From positions 62,001 through 126,000 of the forward strand of contig CAXBME010000024.1 in NCBI GenBank assembly GCA_963976765.1: DNA of 64,000 nt, in the 5' to 3' direction. This document shows positions 56,022 to 64,000 of the stretch, one piece after another. This DNA is from an uncultured Planctomycetaceae bacterium (GTDB lineage Bacteria > Planctomycetota > Planctomycetia > Planctomycetales > Planctomycetaceae). Position 1 is the stretch's first letter. Every line of letters starts with the position of its first letter. Made by a program: the position numbers and the translations under genes. The notes beneath the pieces were generated by a model that worked only from the letters and a program-made list of their open reading frames with translations, was not told the DNA's origin and did no database searches.

Positions 56022-57938
56022 CTATTGCACGAAGAGGAACTCGCGAGTGTTCAGCAGAGCCCAGATGACGTTGCCGTAACCTGCTGGACCGGCAGACCGA
56101 ATTTCGCGTTTGGCTGCCGCGACTTCGCGGTCTGTCGGCACTCGGCTGAGCAGGCTCAGGAAGATGACGTCGAGCTGATCATCGATGACTTTGAGGTCGG
56201 TCACTTCGTTGTAGATGACCGAACCACGCTCCAGCATCATGTGTGTGACCGGCCCGTTAAACATTGTCAGCAGCTGCGGGACAGTTCCTTCCGTGTGGCT
56301 GTCGCTGATGATGTCGCGGTCGCTCTGGCCGAACTGTCTGATGAAGTGCCCCTCAGGCAATGGTTGAGGCAACTCGGCCGCTCGGACAAGTTCCTGCCCT
56401 TTGTAAAGTCGTTTGTTGCGAGCAGATCGATCAGCCTTGTTGTAGGCATCGAGCTGCTTCGCTTTCTGGATGACCTGCTGAGCGGTCGTTCTGGCGTCGA
56501 TGTCGATAATCGAGGTGTACTGAGAATCGTCCGGTCGAAGAATTTCGGAAGGATTTTCCAGCGTGAGGGTCAGCAGCGAATCCCAGACCTGTTCCGCAGT
56601 CATGCGTCGCAGAATCGGCCCTGGAAAACGGTAATGTTTGTCCGGATCCAGGTCGGTGTAGGTCACCTGCCGCTGGTACGTTTTTGAGTAGAAGATGATC
56701 CGCTGAAATTCTTTCAGGTCGAAATCAAGCCGTTTGATCTCGCTCGCCAGGAACTCCATCAGCTCCGGGTTGGATGCTTCTGTTTCATCCGTCATGTCGT
56801 CTTCGGGTTCGATCAGCCCGATGCCCATTGCCTTCTTCCAGAGTCGGTTGGCAATCGTCGTGGCAAATCGATCGTTCGTTTCGGAAGTCACCCAGTCAGC
56901 GAAAATCTGCCGTCGTTGTGGATGCGTGAAAGCGGCCTTCTTCGTGTCGAACAGAAACGTTGGAGTCGTGAGCTGTCCTGGTTTTGCATCGCTGTACTGG
57001 TAGTCGTCGGGAAACTTCAGTTGCTTTGTGTCATTGTGCCAGATGGCGGCTCGGTTGAGTCGGACGATACTGCGGCCCAGTCGCGCTTCGGTTGATCGAT
57101 CTCCGCCGGGAGCCGCTTTGTCGATGACTGAGTTACTGAGTTTCGACATGTCGTTTCGAGCAAGTCGGTACTCGGTGCCGCCTGTGAAAGCGGCGAGCTG
57201 GTAGAACTCTTTCTGAGTCCAGCGGTCGAACGGGTGATCGTGACACTGAGCACAGCCGATCCGTGTTCCCATAAACATCCGGATGGCATTGTTGAGATTG
57301 TCAAGCGGCATGGCTGGATCGCGGAGCACAAAACCGACAGCCGGATTTTCCCAGACCTTGCCTTCTGAAGAAAGCATTTCGTTGACCATCTTGTCCCACG
57401 GCTTATTGTCACGCAGACTCTGTTTCACCCAGTCGCTGTACGGTCTCAGGTAGGTGTTGTTATCGACTCGGTCGACAAGTCGCAGGATGTCGGCCAGCCA
57501 GTTGTACATCTGGCTGCCGTAACCCGCCTGTCCGAGGAGTCGATCGATCAACGCGGTCCGCTTTGATGCCGAACGGGATCGCAGGAAGAGTTTCGCCTGT
57601 GTCGCGGTTGGAATTGTTCCGTTTGTGTCGAGGTAGATTCGTCGGACGAATTGCTCGTCGGTTGATGGATCATTGGGCTTGAGGTTGTGCTTCCTCAGGT
57701 CCGCTTCAACAAGCATGTCGATGCGGTTGGCCGAACGAATGGCAGAAGCTTCCAGTCGTGGCGCGACCGGAGCCACTTCGACTTCGGTTTTCTCTGCCTG
57801 AGTTGGCAGCCGGATGGGCGGCGTTTTCGGCGCGGGAGTTTTCTTCTTCTGTGCGAATGCAGAGTCTGAACCAGCAGTTGAAAACAGGCCACTCAGAAGG
57901 CCGACGGCAAGCGCTAATGTCAAAAGTGTTCGCGACAC
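56022..57938 (-). CDS. DUF1549 + DUF1553 protein (no N-terminal cytochrome c domain)
   Basis: Signal peptide, DEQFVRRIYLD..GTIPT, FMGTRIGCAQCHDHPFDRWTQKEFY, ANRLWK, SNPELM, RRMTAEQVWDS, WALLNTREF. Confidence 0.92.
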   Translation of the reverse strand: MSRTLLTLALAVGLLSGLFSTAGSDSAFAQKKKTPAPKTPPIRLPTQAEKTEVEVAPVAPRLEASAIRSANRIDMLVEADLRKHNLKPNDPSTDEQFVRRIYLDTNGTIPTATQAKLFLRSRSASKRTALIDRLLGQAGYGSQMYNWLADILRLVDRVDNNTYLRPYSDWVKQSLRDNKPWDKMVNEMLSSEGKVWENPAVGFVLRDPAMPLDNLNNAIRMFMGTRIGCAQCHDHPFDRWTQKEFYQLAAFTGGTEYRLARNDMSKLSNSVIDKAAPGGDRSTEARLGRSIVRLNRAAIWHNDTKQLKFPDDYQYSDAKPGQLTTPTFLFDTKKAAFTHPQRRQIFADWVTSETNDRFATTIANRLWKKAMGIGLIEPEDDMTDETEASNPELMEFLASEIKRLDFDLKEFQRIIFYSKTYQRQVTYTDLDPDKHYRFPGPILRRMTAEQVWDSLLTLTLENPSEILRPDDSQYTSIIDIDARTTAQQVIQKAKQLDAYNKADRSARNKRLYKGQELVRAAELPQPLPEGHFIRQFGQSDRDIISDSHTEGTVPQLLTMFNGPVTHMMLERGSVIYNEVTDLKVIDDQLDVIFLSLLSRVPTDREVAAAKREIRSAGPAGYGNVIWALLNTREFLFVQ

Positions 57939-58199
57939 GTCATCTGCTCCGATGAAGAAGAAGTCGTTGAATCAGGATGCATGGCTTTCTTCTTCAGCCT
58001 CGGCTGATCGACGAGGGAATGATGTAGGAAGGCCAGGCACCAGAGCGAGAGGCAGCAGTAGAAAGGGGACGGCAGAGTCGATCCGTATGGCGAATGCCCG
58101 AGCGGGAATTGCGAAATGCTCGAAGTACGGAGCCGAGGCAGTATAGCTATCTGACGTCCGAAATCACGTCGAGTTCCAACGCAAATGATCGTCCAGCAT

Positions 58200-59408
58200 T
58201 CACTCGGCAGCGTCCGCCGAAGATCCGTTGCGAACTGCTGAGAATTCGCTCGCGACTTGTTCGCCCGGCAGTTCTTCGAAGTCGAGCACTGAACCGTCCT
58301 TGATCAGTCGCCCACCAAGTGTCACGACGAGCGAATTTTCATTCACACCCGTCAACACCTGAGTCAGTTCTCCGTCGCGAAAACCGACCGACACCGGTTG
58401 TTTCACAGCAACATTGCTGGCTTCATCAACCGTGTACACGAACTGTTCCCCCGCCTGGCCATGAATGGCGGAGGACGGCACGGCCAGAGCCCGCTCCAGT
58501 CGAGAAACGGTGATGACGACTCGGCCATGCATGCCGGGTTTCAGCAGGGCGTCCTTGTTCGCGATTTCGATCATCACTTTCGCGGTGCGAGTTGTCGGGT
58601 CAAGAACCGGAGCCTGCCGCACGATACGCCCGGTAAACCTTCGATTCGGAATTCCGTCCACGGTTACCGTTGCGGATTCACCCAGTTTGATTCTTGCATA
58701 GTCACGCTCGACGACGTTGACAACGGTGCGGATCGTGCTGAGATCGACGATCCGCATCAACGCATCTTCCGCTCGAGCCAGGTCACCTACGTCGCAGTTC
58801 TGTTCGGCCACGTACCCGCTGATGGGGGTTGAAATCTGCAGTTCGTTGAGAGCAAGTCGAGCACGCTCCAGATCGGCCTTCGCCTGGTCAAGCCGTGCGC
58901 GTTCGAGTTCCGTTTCGGCCCTGGAAACCGAGAGTGCCGATTCGGCTTCCTCAATCTGCTGACTGGTGCTGACGCCCGAACTGGCCAGTTCCCGCAGTCG
59001 TTCCACTTCTCGAAGCGCCTGGCCTTCTCGCGCGATCTGAGCTTTCAGCTGAGCCGCCGCCACCTGTTCGGCAGCCGTGGCTCGACTGACCAGTTCCCGT
59101 GTCGAGGCATCGTCAAGCTCGATCACTGTCTGACCACTTTCCACGTGGTCGCCAACATCGAACGGAACCTTCCCAAGATAGCCGCTCAGTCGGGATCGGA
59201 TCTGGACTTCGGTGACTGGTTCGAGGCTGCCGACCAGCTCAATTCGTTCAGCGATCGGCTGCCGGACGACTCGCAAGACATCGACAGCGGCGACGTCCGC
59301 CTTCTTTTCTGTCGGCTCCGATTCGATCGACGCAAGCGAGTCACCGTAAAGATACCAGCCGAACGCGCCAGCCAGGCCGACCGAAATCAGAAACAGGATG
59401 TATCGCAT
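58200..59408 (-). CDS. RND-type efflux periplasmic adaptor (membrane fusion protein)
   Basis: N-terminal anchor, GSLEP..IRSRLSG..DVGDHVESGQ, coiled-coil hairpin, ISTPISG, PVLDPTTRT, LLKPGM; ATG 59408. Confidence 0.92.
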   Translation of the reverse strand: MRYILFLISVGLAGAFGWYLYGDSLASIESEPTEKKADVAAVDVLRVVRQPIAERIELVGSLEPVTEVQIRSRLSGYLGKVPFDVGDHVESGQTVIELDDASTRELVSRATAAEQVAAAQLKAQIAREGQALREVERLRELASSGVSTSQQIEEAESALSVSRAETELERARLDQAKADLERARLALNELQISTPISGYVAEQNCDVGDLARAEDALMRIVDLSTIRTVVNVVERDYARIKLGESATVTVDGIPNRRFTGRIVRQAPVLDPTTRTAKVMIEIANKDALLKPGMHGRVVITVSRLERALAVPSSAIHGQAGEQFVYTVDEASNVAVKQPVSVGFRDGELTQVLTGVNENSLVVTLGGRLIKDGSVLDFEELPGEQVASEFSAVRNGSSADAAE

Positions 59409-59665
59409 CGGCGAGGCTCTTTGAGGCAGGTCCGGAAATCCTCGCAGGCTATTGCCTGTCTGAAAGATTCTGCCGGAAGAATGTCCAGGGGGAGACCGCG
59501 TGGAAGGTTGCGGAAGTGTGGGGTGGGCGATTTCTGGAGACGTCACATGCGGCAACGTTGATCCATTAAATACAACCTGTCCGAAACAGGCAATCCCGGC
59601 CTCCCTGAAACATTCGGAACTATCTCGAAACCTGCCGACTTTCTGACGTCAGAATTCGTGATATG

Positions 59666-61111
59666 TCATGCAAGCACGTCAGGGACCACCTCGCCGTGAA
59701 CATCGGTCAGACGGAAACGACGCCCCTGATAGCGGAACGTGAGCTGCTCATGATCGATGCCCATCAGGTGCAGAATCGTGGCGTGCAGATCGTGAATGTG
59801 GACGGGATTCTCGACGACGTTGTACCCGTAGGGGTCGGTCGCGCCGTACGTGGTGCCGCCTTTGATTCCTCCGCCGGCCATCCAGATGGAAAAACAACGA
59901 GGATGGTGATCGCGACCAAAGCTGTTCGCGGTGAGTTTTCCCTGACAGTAGTTGGTGCGACCGAACTCGCCTCCCCAGATGACCAGCGTGTCTTTGAGCA
60001 GATCTCTCTGTTTCAGATCCTTGATCAGTGCCGCTGAAGGCTGGTCGGTCTCCCCGCATTGTTTGCGGATTCCGCCTGCCAGGCCGCCGTGCTGATCCCA
60101 TCCCTGATGATAAAGCTGGATAAACCTGACGCCTCGTTCAGCCAGTCGCCGAGCAAGAATACAGTTGGCGGCGTACGTGCCGGGCGTTTTCGAATCCTTA
60201 CCGTACAGCTCGAAGATATGGTCCGGTTCTTTCGACAGGTCGGTCGCTTCGGGAATCGACGCCTGCATGCGGAATGACAATTCGTGTTGAGCGATTCGTG
60301 TTTCGATCGCCGGGCTGGAATATTTTACGAGCTGCAACTCGTGCAGCTTCTTCAATGCGTCGAGCATGTTCCGCTTGCTGGACGCGTCGAGCCCCGCAGG
60401 ATTTTTCAGGTAGAGAACAGGATCGTCTCCCGCCCGAAAACGTACACCCTGATGCCGTGACGGCAGAAAACCACTCCCCCAGAAACGCGAGACCAGCGGC
60501 TGTCCGCCTTTTCCTTTGGTATTCATGACGACGAACGCGGGAAGGTCGCTGTTCTCACTACCCAGTCCATAATCGAGCCAGGCGCCCATGCTGGGCCGAC
60601 CGGGAAACTGCGAACCGGTTTGCATAAACGTTGTTCCGGGACCGTGATTAATCGCCTCGGTAAACATTGAACGAACAACGCAGAGTTCATCAGCGACCGA
60701 CGCCGTGTGCGGCAGGGTCTCGCTGAAGGACAAACCGCTTTCACCGTGCTGAGAAAATTTGAACGGCGAGCCAGCCAGAGGAATACTCGACTGATTCCCG
60801 CTCATGCCGGTCAGACGCTGCCCGTTGCGGACCTCATCCGGAAGCTGCTCACCGTGCTTTTCATTGAGCAGCGGTTTGTGATCGAACAGGTCGAGCTGAG
60901 ACGGCGCACCAGATTGAAAGAGGCAGATAACCCGTTTGGCCGTCGGTGCGTGATGCAGTTTCGTCAGCACGCCGCCGTCCGCAGATGCTGCAGACTCAGC
61001 CCCGATCAAGTCCGCCAGAGCCAACCCGCCGAGCCCCATTCCGAATCGCTGCAGCAGTTGCCGGCGAGGCATGGTCGACGTTGGCTCGAAGCCTGTGCAT
61101 TTTTCGTTCAT
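59666..61111 (-). CDS. DUF1501 domain protein (Tat-type leader)
   Basis: PRRQLL, AKRVICLFQSGAPSQLDLFDHKP, EAINH, WDQH, GEFGRT, GRDHHP, RLTDVHG. Confidence 0.93.
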   Translation of the reverse strand: MNEKCTGFEPTSTMPRRQLLQRFGMGLGGLALADLIGAESAASADGGVLTKLHHAPTAKRVICLFQSGAPSQLDLFDHKPLLNEKHGEQLPDEVRNGQRLTGMSGNQSSIPLAGSPFKFSQHGESGLSFSETLPHTASVADELCVVRSMFTEAINHGPGTTFMQTGSQFPGRPSMGAWLDYGLGSENSDLPAFVVMNTKGKGGQPLVSRFWGSGFLPSRHQGVRFRAGDDPVLYLKNPAGLDASSKRNMLDALKKLHELQLVKYSSPAIETRIAQHELSFRMQASIPEATDLSKEPDHIFELYGKDSKTPGTYAANCILARRLAERGVRFIQLYHQGWDQHGGLAGGIRKQCGETDQPSAALIKDLKQRDLLKDTLVIWGGEFGRTNYCQGKLTANSFGRDHHPRCFSIWMAGGGIKGGTTYGATDPYGYNVVENPVHIHDLHATILHLMGIDHEQLTFRYQGRRFRLTDVHGEVVPDVLA

Positions 61112-61170
61112 TGTGATGTTTCCAGAATTCAAACGGCCAACAGGCACGAGACGCGACCTTCATCGTGTGT

Positions 61171-61191
61171 CACTGGCAAAGCCAGTGGCAC
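61171..61191. repeat. Single REP-like palindrome (same family as 37705-37777)
   Basis: cactggcaaagccagtggcac. Confidence 0.65.
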
Positions 61192-61208
61192 CCCTTGCCG
61201 GTCGCTTG

Positions 61209-64000
61209 CTATCGACGATTCACAACCTCATCGAAACTGAACAACGCATTTGCCACCGTCGATAACGCAGCCAGACGGTTGGCATCGAGCGATGCGTCGG
61301 AGGCGCGTTGCCCTGTCTTAAGGTACTCAGCCGCCTTCCCGGTATGGCTGGTAAAGTATTCAAGCTGTTGAGCGTAGAGTTCTGCGAGGATTTTCAGCTC
61401 GTCCTCGGTCGGCAGTCTGCCGGTCAATGTTCGAAACAACTCACTGACTGAGGCGCGTTCATCATCGGCATGTTGCTTGAGAACTGCTTCACTCAGGACG
61501 CGCGCGGCTTCGACAAACTGCGGACCGTTCATCAGGACGAAGGTTTCGAGCGGCGTCGATGTTCGTTCTCGACGAACTCGGCAAACGTCCCGCTTCGACG
61601 CGTCGAGTGTCATCATCACTGGAGCCGGGCCGGTCCTTTTCCAATAGGTGTAAAGGCTGCGTCGATAGAGTCCCTCACCTTTATCTGGTGTGACGGGTTT
61701 GAAGGAAACTTCGACCTCGTAAGGCTTGGCCGGAGCACCTCCGAGCTTGCGAACCAGCAGGCCGCTGGCAGTCAGCGCGTTGTCACGCAACATTTCTGCC
61801 GGCAACCGAAACGTTGGCGACCACGACAGCAGCAGGTTCTGCGGGTCACGTTTGAACGATTCTGCCGATGGCTCTGGCGACTGTCGATACGTTGCCGAAA
61901 GGACGATCTGTTTCAGAAGTCGCTTGACGTTCCAGCCATGCTCGACGAAATCGACGGCCAGCCAGTCAAGCAGTTCGGGGTGAGTTGGCGGTAGCCCTTG
62001 CCGGCCGAAGTCTTCGGGAGTTCGAACCAGGCCCTGACCAAAGATCATTTGCCACAGTCGGTTCACGACGACGCGGGCCGTCAATGGGTGGTCCGGTTGA
62101 GTCAGCCATTTCGCTAACCCCAACCGATTGCGAGTCAACCGGTCAGGCAACGTCGACAACACAGCAGGAGTTTCCGGGAAGACCGGCGTCGCACGAGCAT
62201 CGTAAGCTCCGCGTTTGAGCAGAAACGTTTCCCGGCGAGTCGGCTCTTCGCGCATCACCATAATCTCGGGCAGCGAGTCGACGACTTTGCTGTGAGCCTC
62301 GCGTTTTTTACGGATGAGCGACAGTTGTGCTTGACAGTCCGTGTCGACCGTGGCGAGGTAGTAGTCAAAGAGTTTTTGCGAATCGGGATCAGCCGTCGAG
62401 TTGTCGAACGCCGCTGTCAGTGCCTGGTCGTCACTCAGGTGGTTGACTTCCAGCGGCGTGAGCTGCCGATCAAAAACACGAAATTCATCGACAAGGCCGT
62501 TGGTGAAGCCCCGATCCCGGAATCGCTCCCCGATGGCGAGATTGTCTCCGCCGCCGCCAGTGATGTCTTTGTAAAGGTTATCCCGGACAATGTCGCACTC
62601 GGCCACGTCGCCGTTGAGATAAATTCGCAACCCGTCCGCTCGGCTGGAGCCATCCCACGTGACGACGACATGGTGCCACTGCTTCGTCGTCAGTTGCTGC
62701 TTTGTGCAAATTCGAATCGCATTGCCTGGCCAGAAGTGGATCAGGGAGGCGCTGAGTCGTCCCTCTTCGATCAGCAACTGATAACCGCGACTGCCGGCGT
62801 CGGTCCAGGCTCGTGAACGATGAAACACGACGGCGCGATCCTTCACGTCTGGCGTGTTCATCCACAGGCTGACCGAGAATGGGTCGAATCGTCGGAAGTT
62901 GCCAACGGTCAGGCCAACGGCATCGTCGCCGCTTAACCTGACGGCTTTGCCGAGTTTGCCATCGACCGATTCGTTGCCGCCTTTTGCTGCGTCTTCAAAA
63001 TCCAGGTGAGCGATCTGGCCGGGGATCGACGTTTCAGTTTTCGGTTTCGACTCCAGCCACGACTTGAATGCGTCGCGAGTCTTCTGAGAATCTGCAAGAG
63101 CCTTCAGAGCCGTTTCGGCATTCTCAATGTCCAATTCGGCGGCGGCGATTTTTGCCTTCGTCGCAGCATCAGTCATGACGAGTGTTGGTGTCGGAACGGC
63201 GGGCGTGAAATACGAATACAAACCCGCTTCGGCGATGTTGTCGAAGAAGGCCGAGAGCTGGTAATACTCCTTCTGGCTGAGCGGGTCGTACTTGTGATCG
63301 TGGCAGCGGCAACACTCCATCGTCAGACCCAGGAATGCCGTTGCGAAAGTCTGCGTCCGGTCGGCGACGTACTCGATGCGAAACTCTTCCGGCACGCTGC
63401 CGCCTTCAACCTTTTGAGGATGCAGCCGGTTGAAAGTCGTCGCCAGAATCTGTTCGTCGGTCGCATCGGGCAGCAGGTCACCAGCGAGTTGCTCGGTGAT
63501 GAACTGGTCGTAGGGCATGTTGCGATTGAACGTGCGGACCACCCAGTCTCGCCACGGCCAGACGAAACGATCGCGGTCGACCTGATAACCGTACGTGTCG
63601 CTGTACCGGGCCGCGTCCAGCCAGTCCGTCGCCATTCGCTCACCGTACGCTGAGCTTTTCAGCAGCCGATCGACAACCCGTTCCACTGCGTCAGGCCGGT
63701 CGTCGTTGAGAAACTCATCGATCTCAGCCAGCGATGGCGGCAGGCCGGTCAGGTCGAAACTGAGTCGCCGAATCAATTGTTCTTTCGAAGCTTCCGTTGC
63801 CGGCGAGAGTCCAGCTTCTTCCTGTCGTGCGAGAATGAAATGATCGATCTCGTTGTGACACCAATCGGCGTTGTTCACTTTCGGCAGGGCGGACTTCTGC
63901 GGCGAAATGAATGACCAGTGCTGCTGCCACTTCGCTCCTTCTTTGATCCATCGACCGAGGATGTCGATTTCGTCTTTCGTTAACGCGAGCTTCGAGTCCG
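61209..64000 (-). CDS. DUF1549 + LamG-like + DUF1553 protein (5' part outside window)
   Basis: [53 protein letters not shown], LamG-like insert ([25 protein letters not shown]), [11 protein letters not shown]. Confidence 0.92.
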   Translation of the reverse strand, partial: DSKLALTKDEIDILGRWIKEGAKWQQHWSFISPQKSALPKVNNADWCHNEIDHFILARQEEAGLSPATEASKEQLIRRLSFDLTGLPPSLAEIDEFLNDDRPDAVERVVDRLLKSSAYGERMATDWLDAARYSDTYGYQVDRDRFVWPWRDWVVRTFNRNMPYDQFITEQLAGDLLPDATDEQILATTFNRLHPQKVEGGSVPEEFRIEYVADRTQTFATAFLGLTMECCRCHDHKYDPLSQKEYYQLSAFFDNIAEAGLYSYFTPAVPTPTLVMTDAATKAKIAAAELDIENAETALKALADSQKTRDAFKSWLESKPKTETSIPGQIAHLDFEDAAKGGNESVDGKLGKAVRLSGDDAVGLTVGNFRRFDPFSVSLWMNTPDVKDRAVVFHRSRAWTDAGSRGYQLLIEEGRLSASLIHFWPGNAIRICTKQQLTTKQWHHVVVTWDGSSRADGLRIYLNGDVAECDIVRDNLYKDITGGGGDNLAIGERFRDRGFTNGLVDEFRVFDRQLTPLEVNHLSDDQALTAAFDNSTADPDSQKLFDYYLATVDTDCQAQLSLIRKKREAHSKVVDSLPEIMVMREEPTRRETFLLKRGAYDARATPVFPETPAVLSTLPDRLTRNRLGLAKWLTQPDHPLTARVVVNRLWQMIFGQGLVRTPEDFGRQGLPPTHPELLDWLAVDFVEHGWNVKRLLKQIVLSATYRQSPEPSAESFKRDPQNLLLSWSPTFRLPAEMLRDNALTASGLLVRKLGGAPAKPYEVEVSFKPVTPDKGEGLYRRSLYTYWKRTGPAPVMMTLDASKRDVCRVRRERTSTPLETFVLMNGPQFVEAARVLSEAVLKQHADDERASVSELFRTLTGRLPTEDELKILAELYAQQLEYFTSHTGKAAEYLKTGQRASDASLDANRLAALSTVANALFSFDEVVNRR

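Overview
GC-rich bacterial chromosomal window, almost certainly from a planctomycete (three DUF1549/DUF1553 + DUF1501 modules, LEPR-XLL-type exported proteins). Housekeeping genes are thrS (partial), selA, leuC/leuD, pgsA, rsgA, ribokinase and an MscK-like channel. Accessory segments are interspersed among them. (i) A low-GC standalone OLD-family ATPase/TOPRIM nuclease. (ii) A ~11.6 kb redox-stress cluster (24.4-36.0 kb): ArsR + rhodanese + CoA-disulfide reductase-rhodanese, a DapB-like protein lacking the catalytic histidines, MarR-pirin-nitroreductase-alkylsulfatase, and a lipoprotein cytochrome P460 with a consensus sigma54 promoter and a divergent GAF-AAA+ activator. (iii) An enolase paralog with altered active-site residues, divergent from ribokinase. 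(iv) An exported-protein locus with an RTX-repeat protein and a protein carrying nine near-perfect 45-bp repeats encoding (DETSY-DETSY-DETMT). Also seen: several REP-like palindrome families, a 29-bp direct repeat flanking the MscK-like gene, and a probable decayed IS66 fragment. No rRNA, tRNA or CRISPR array was found. All family assignments come from motif recognition by eye, not database searches, and many start codons were re-chosen by hand.
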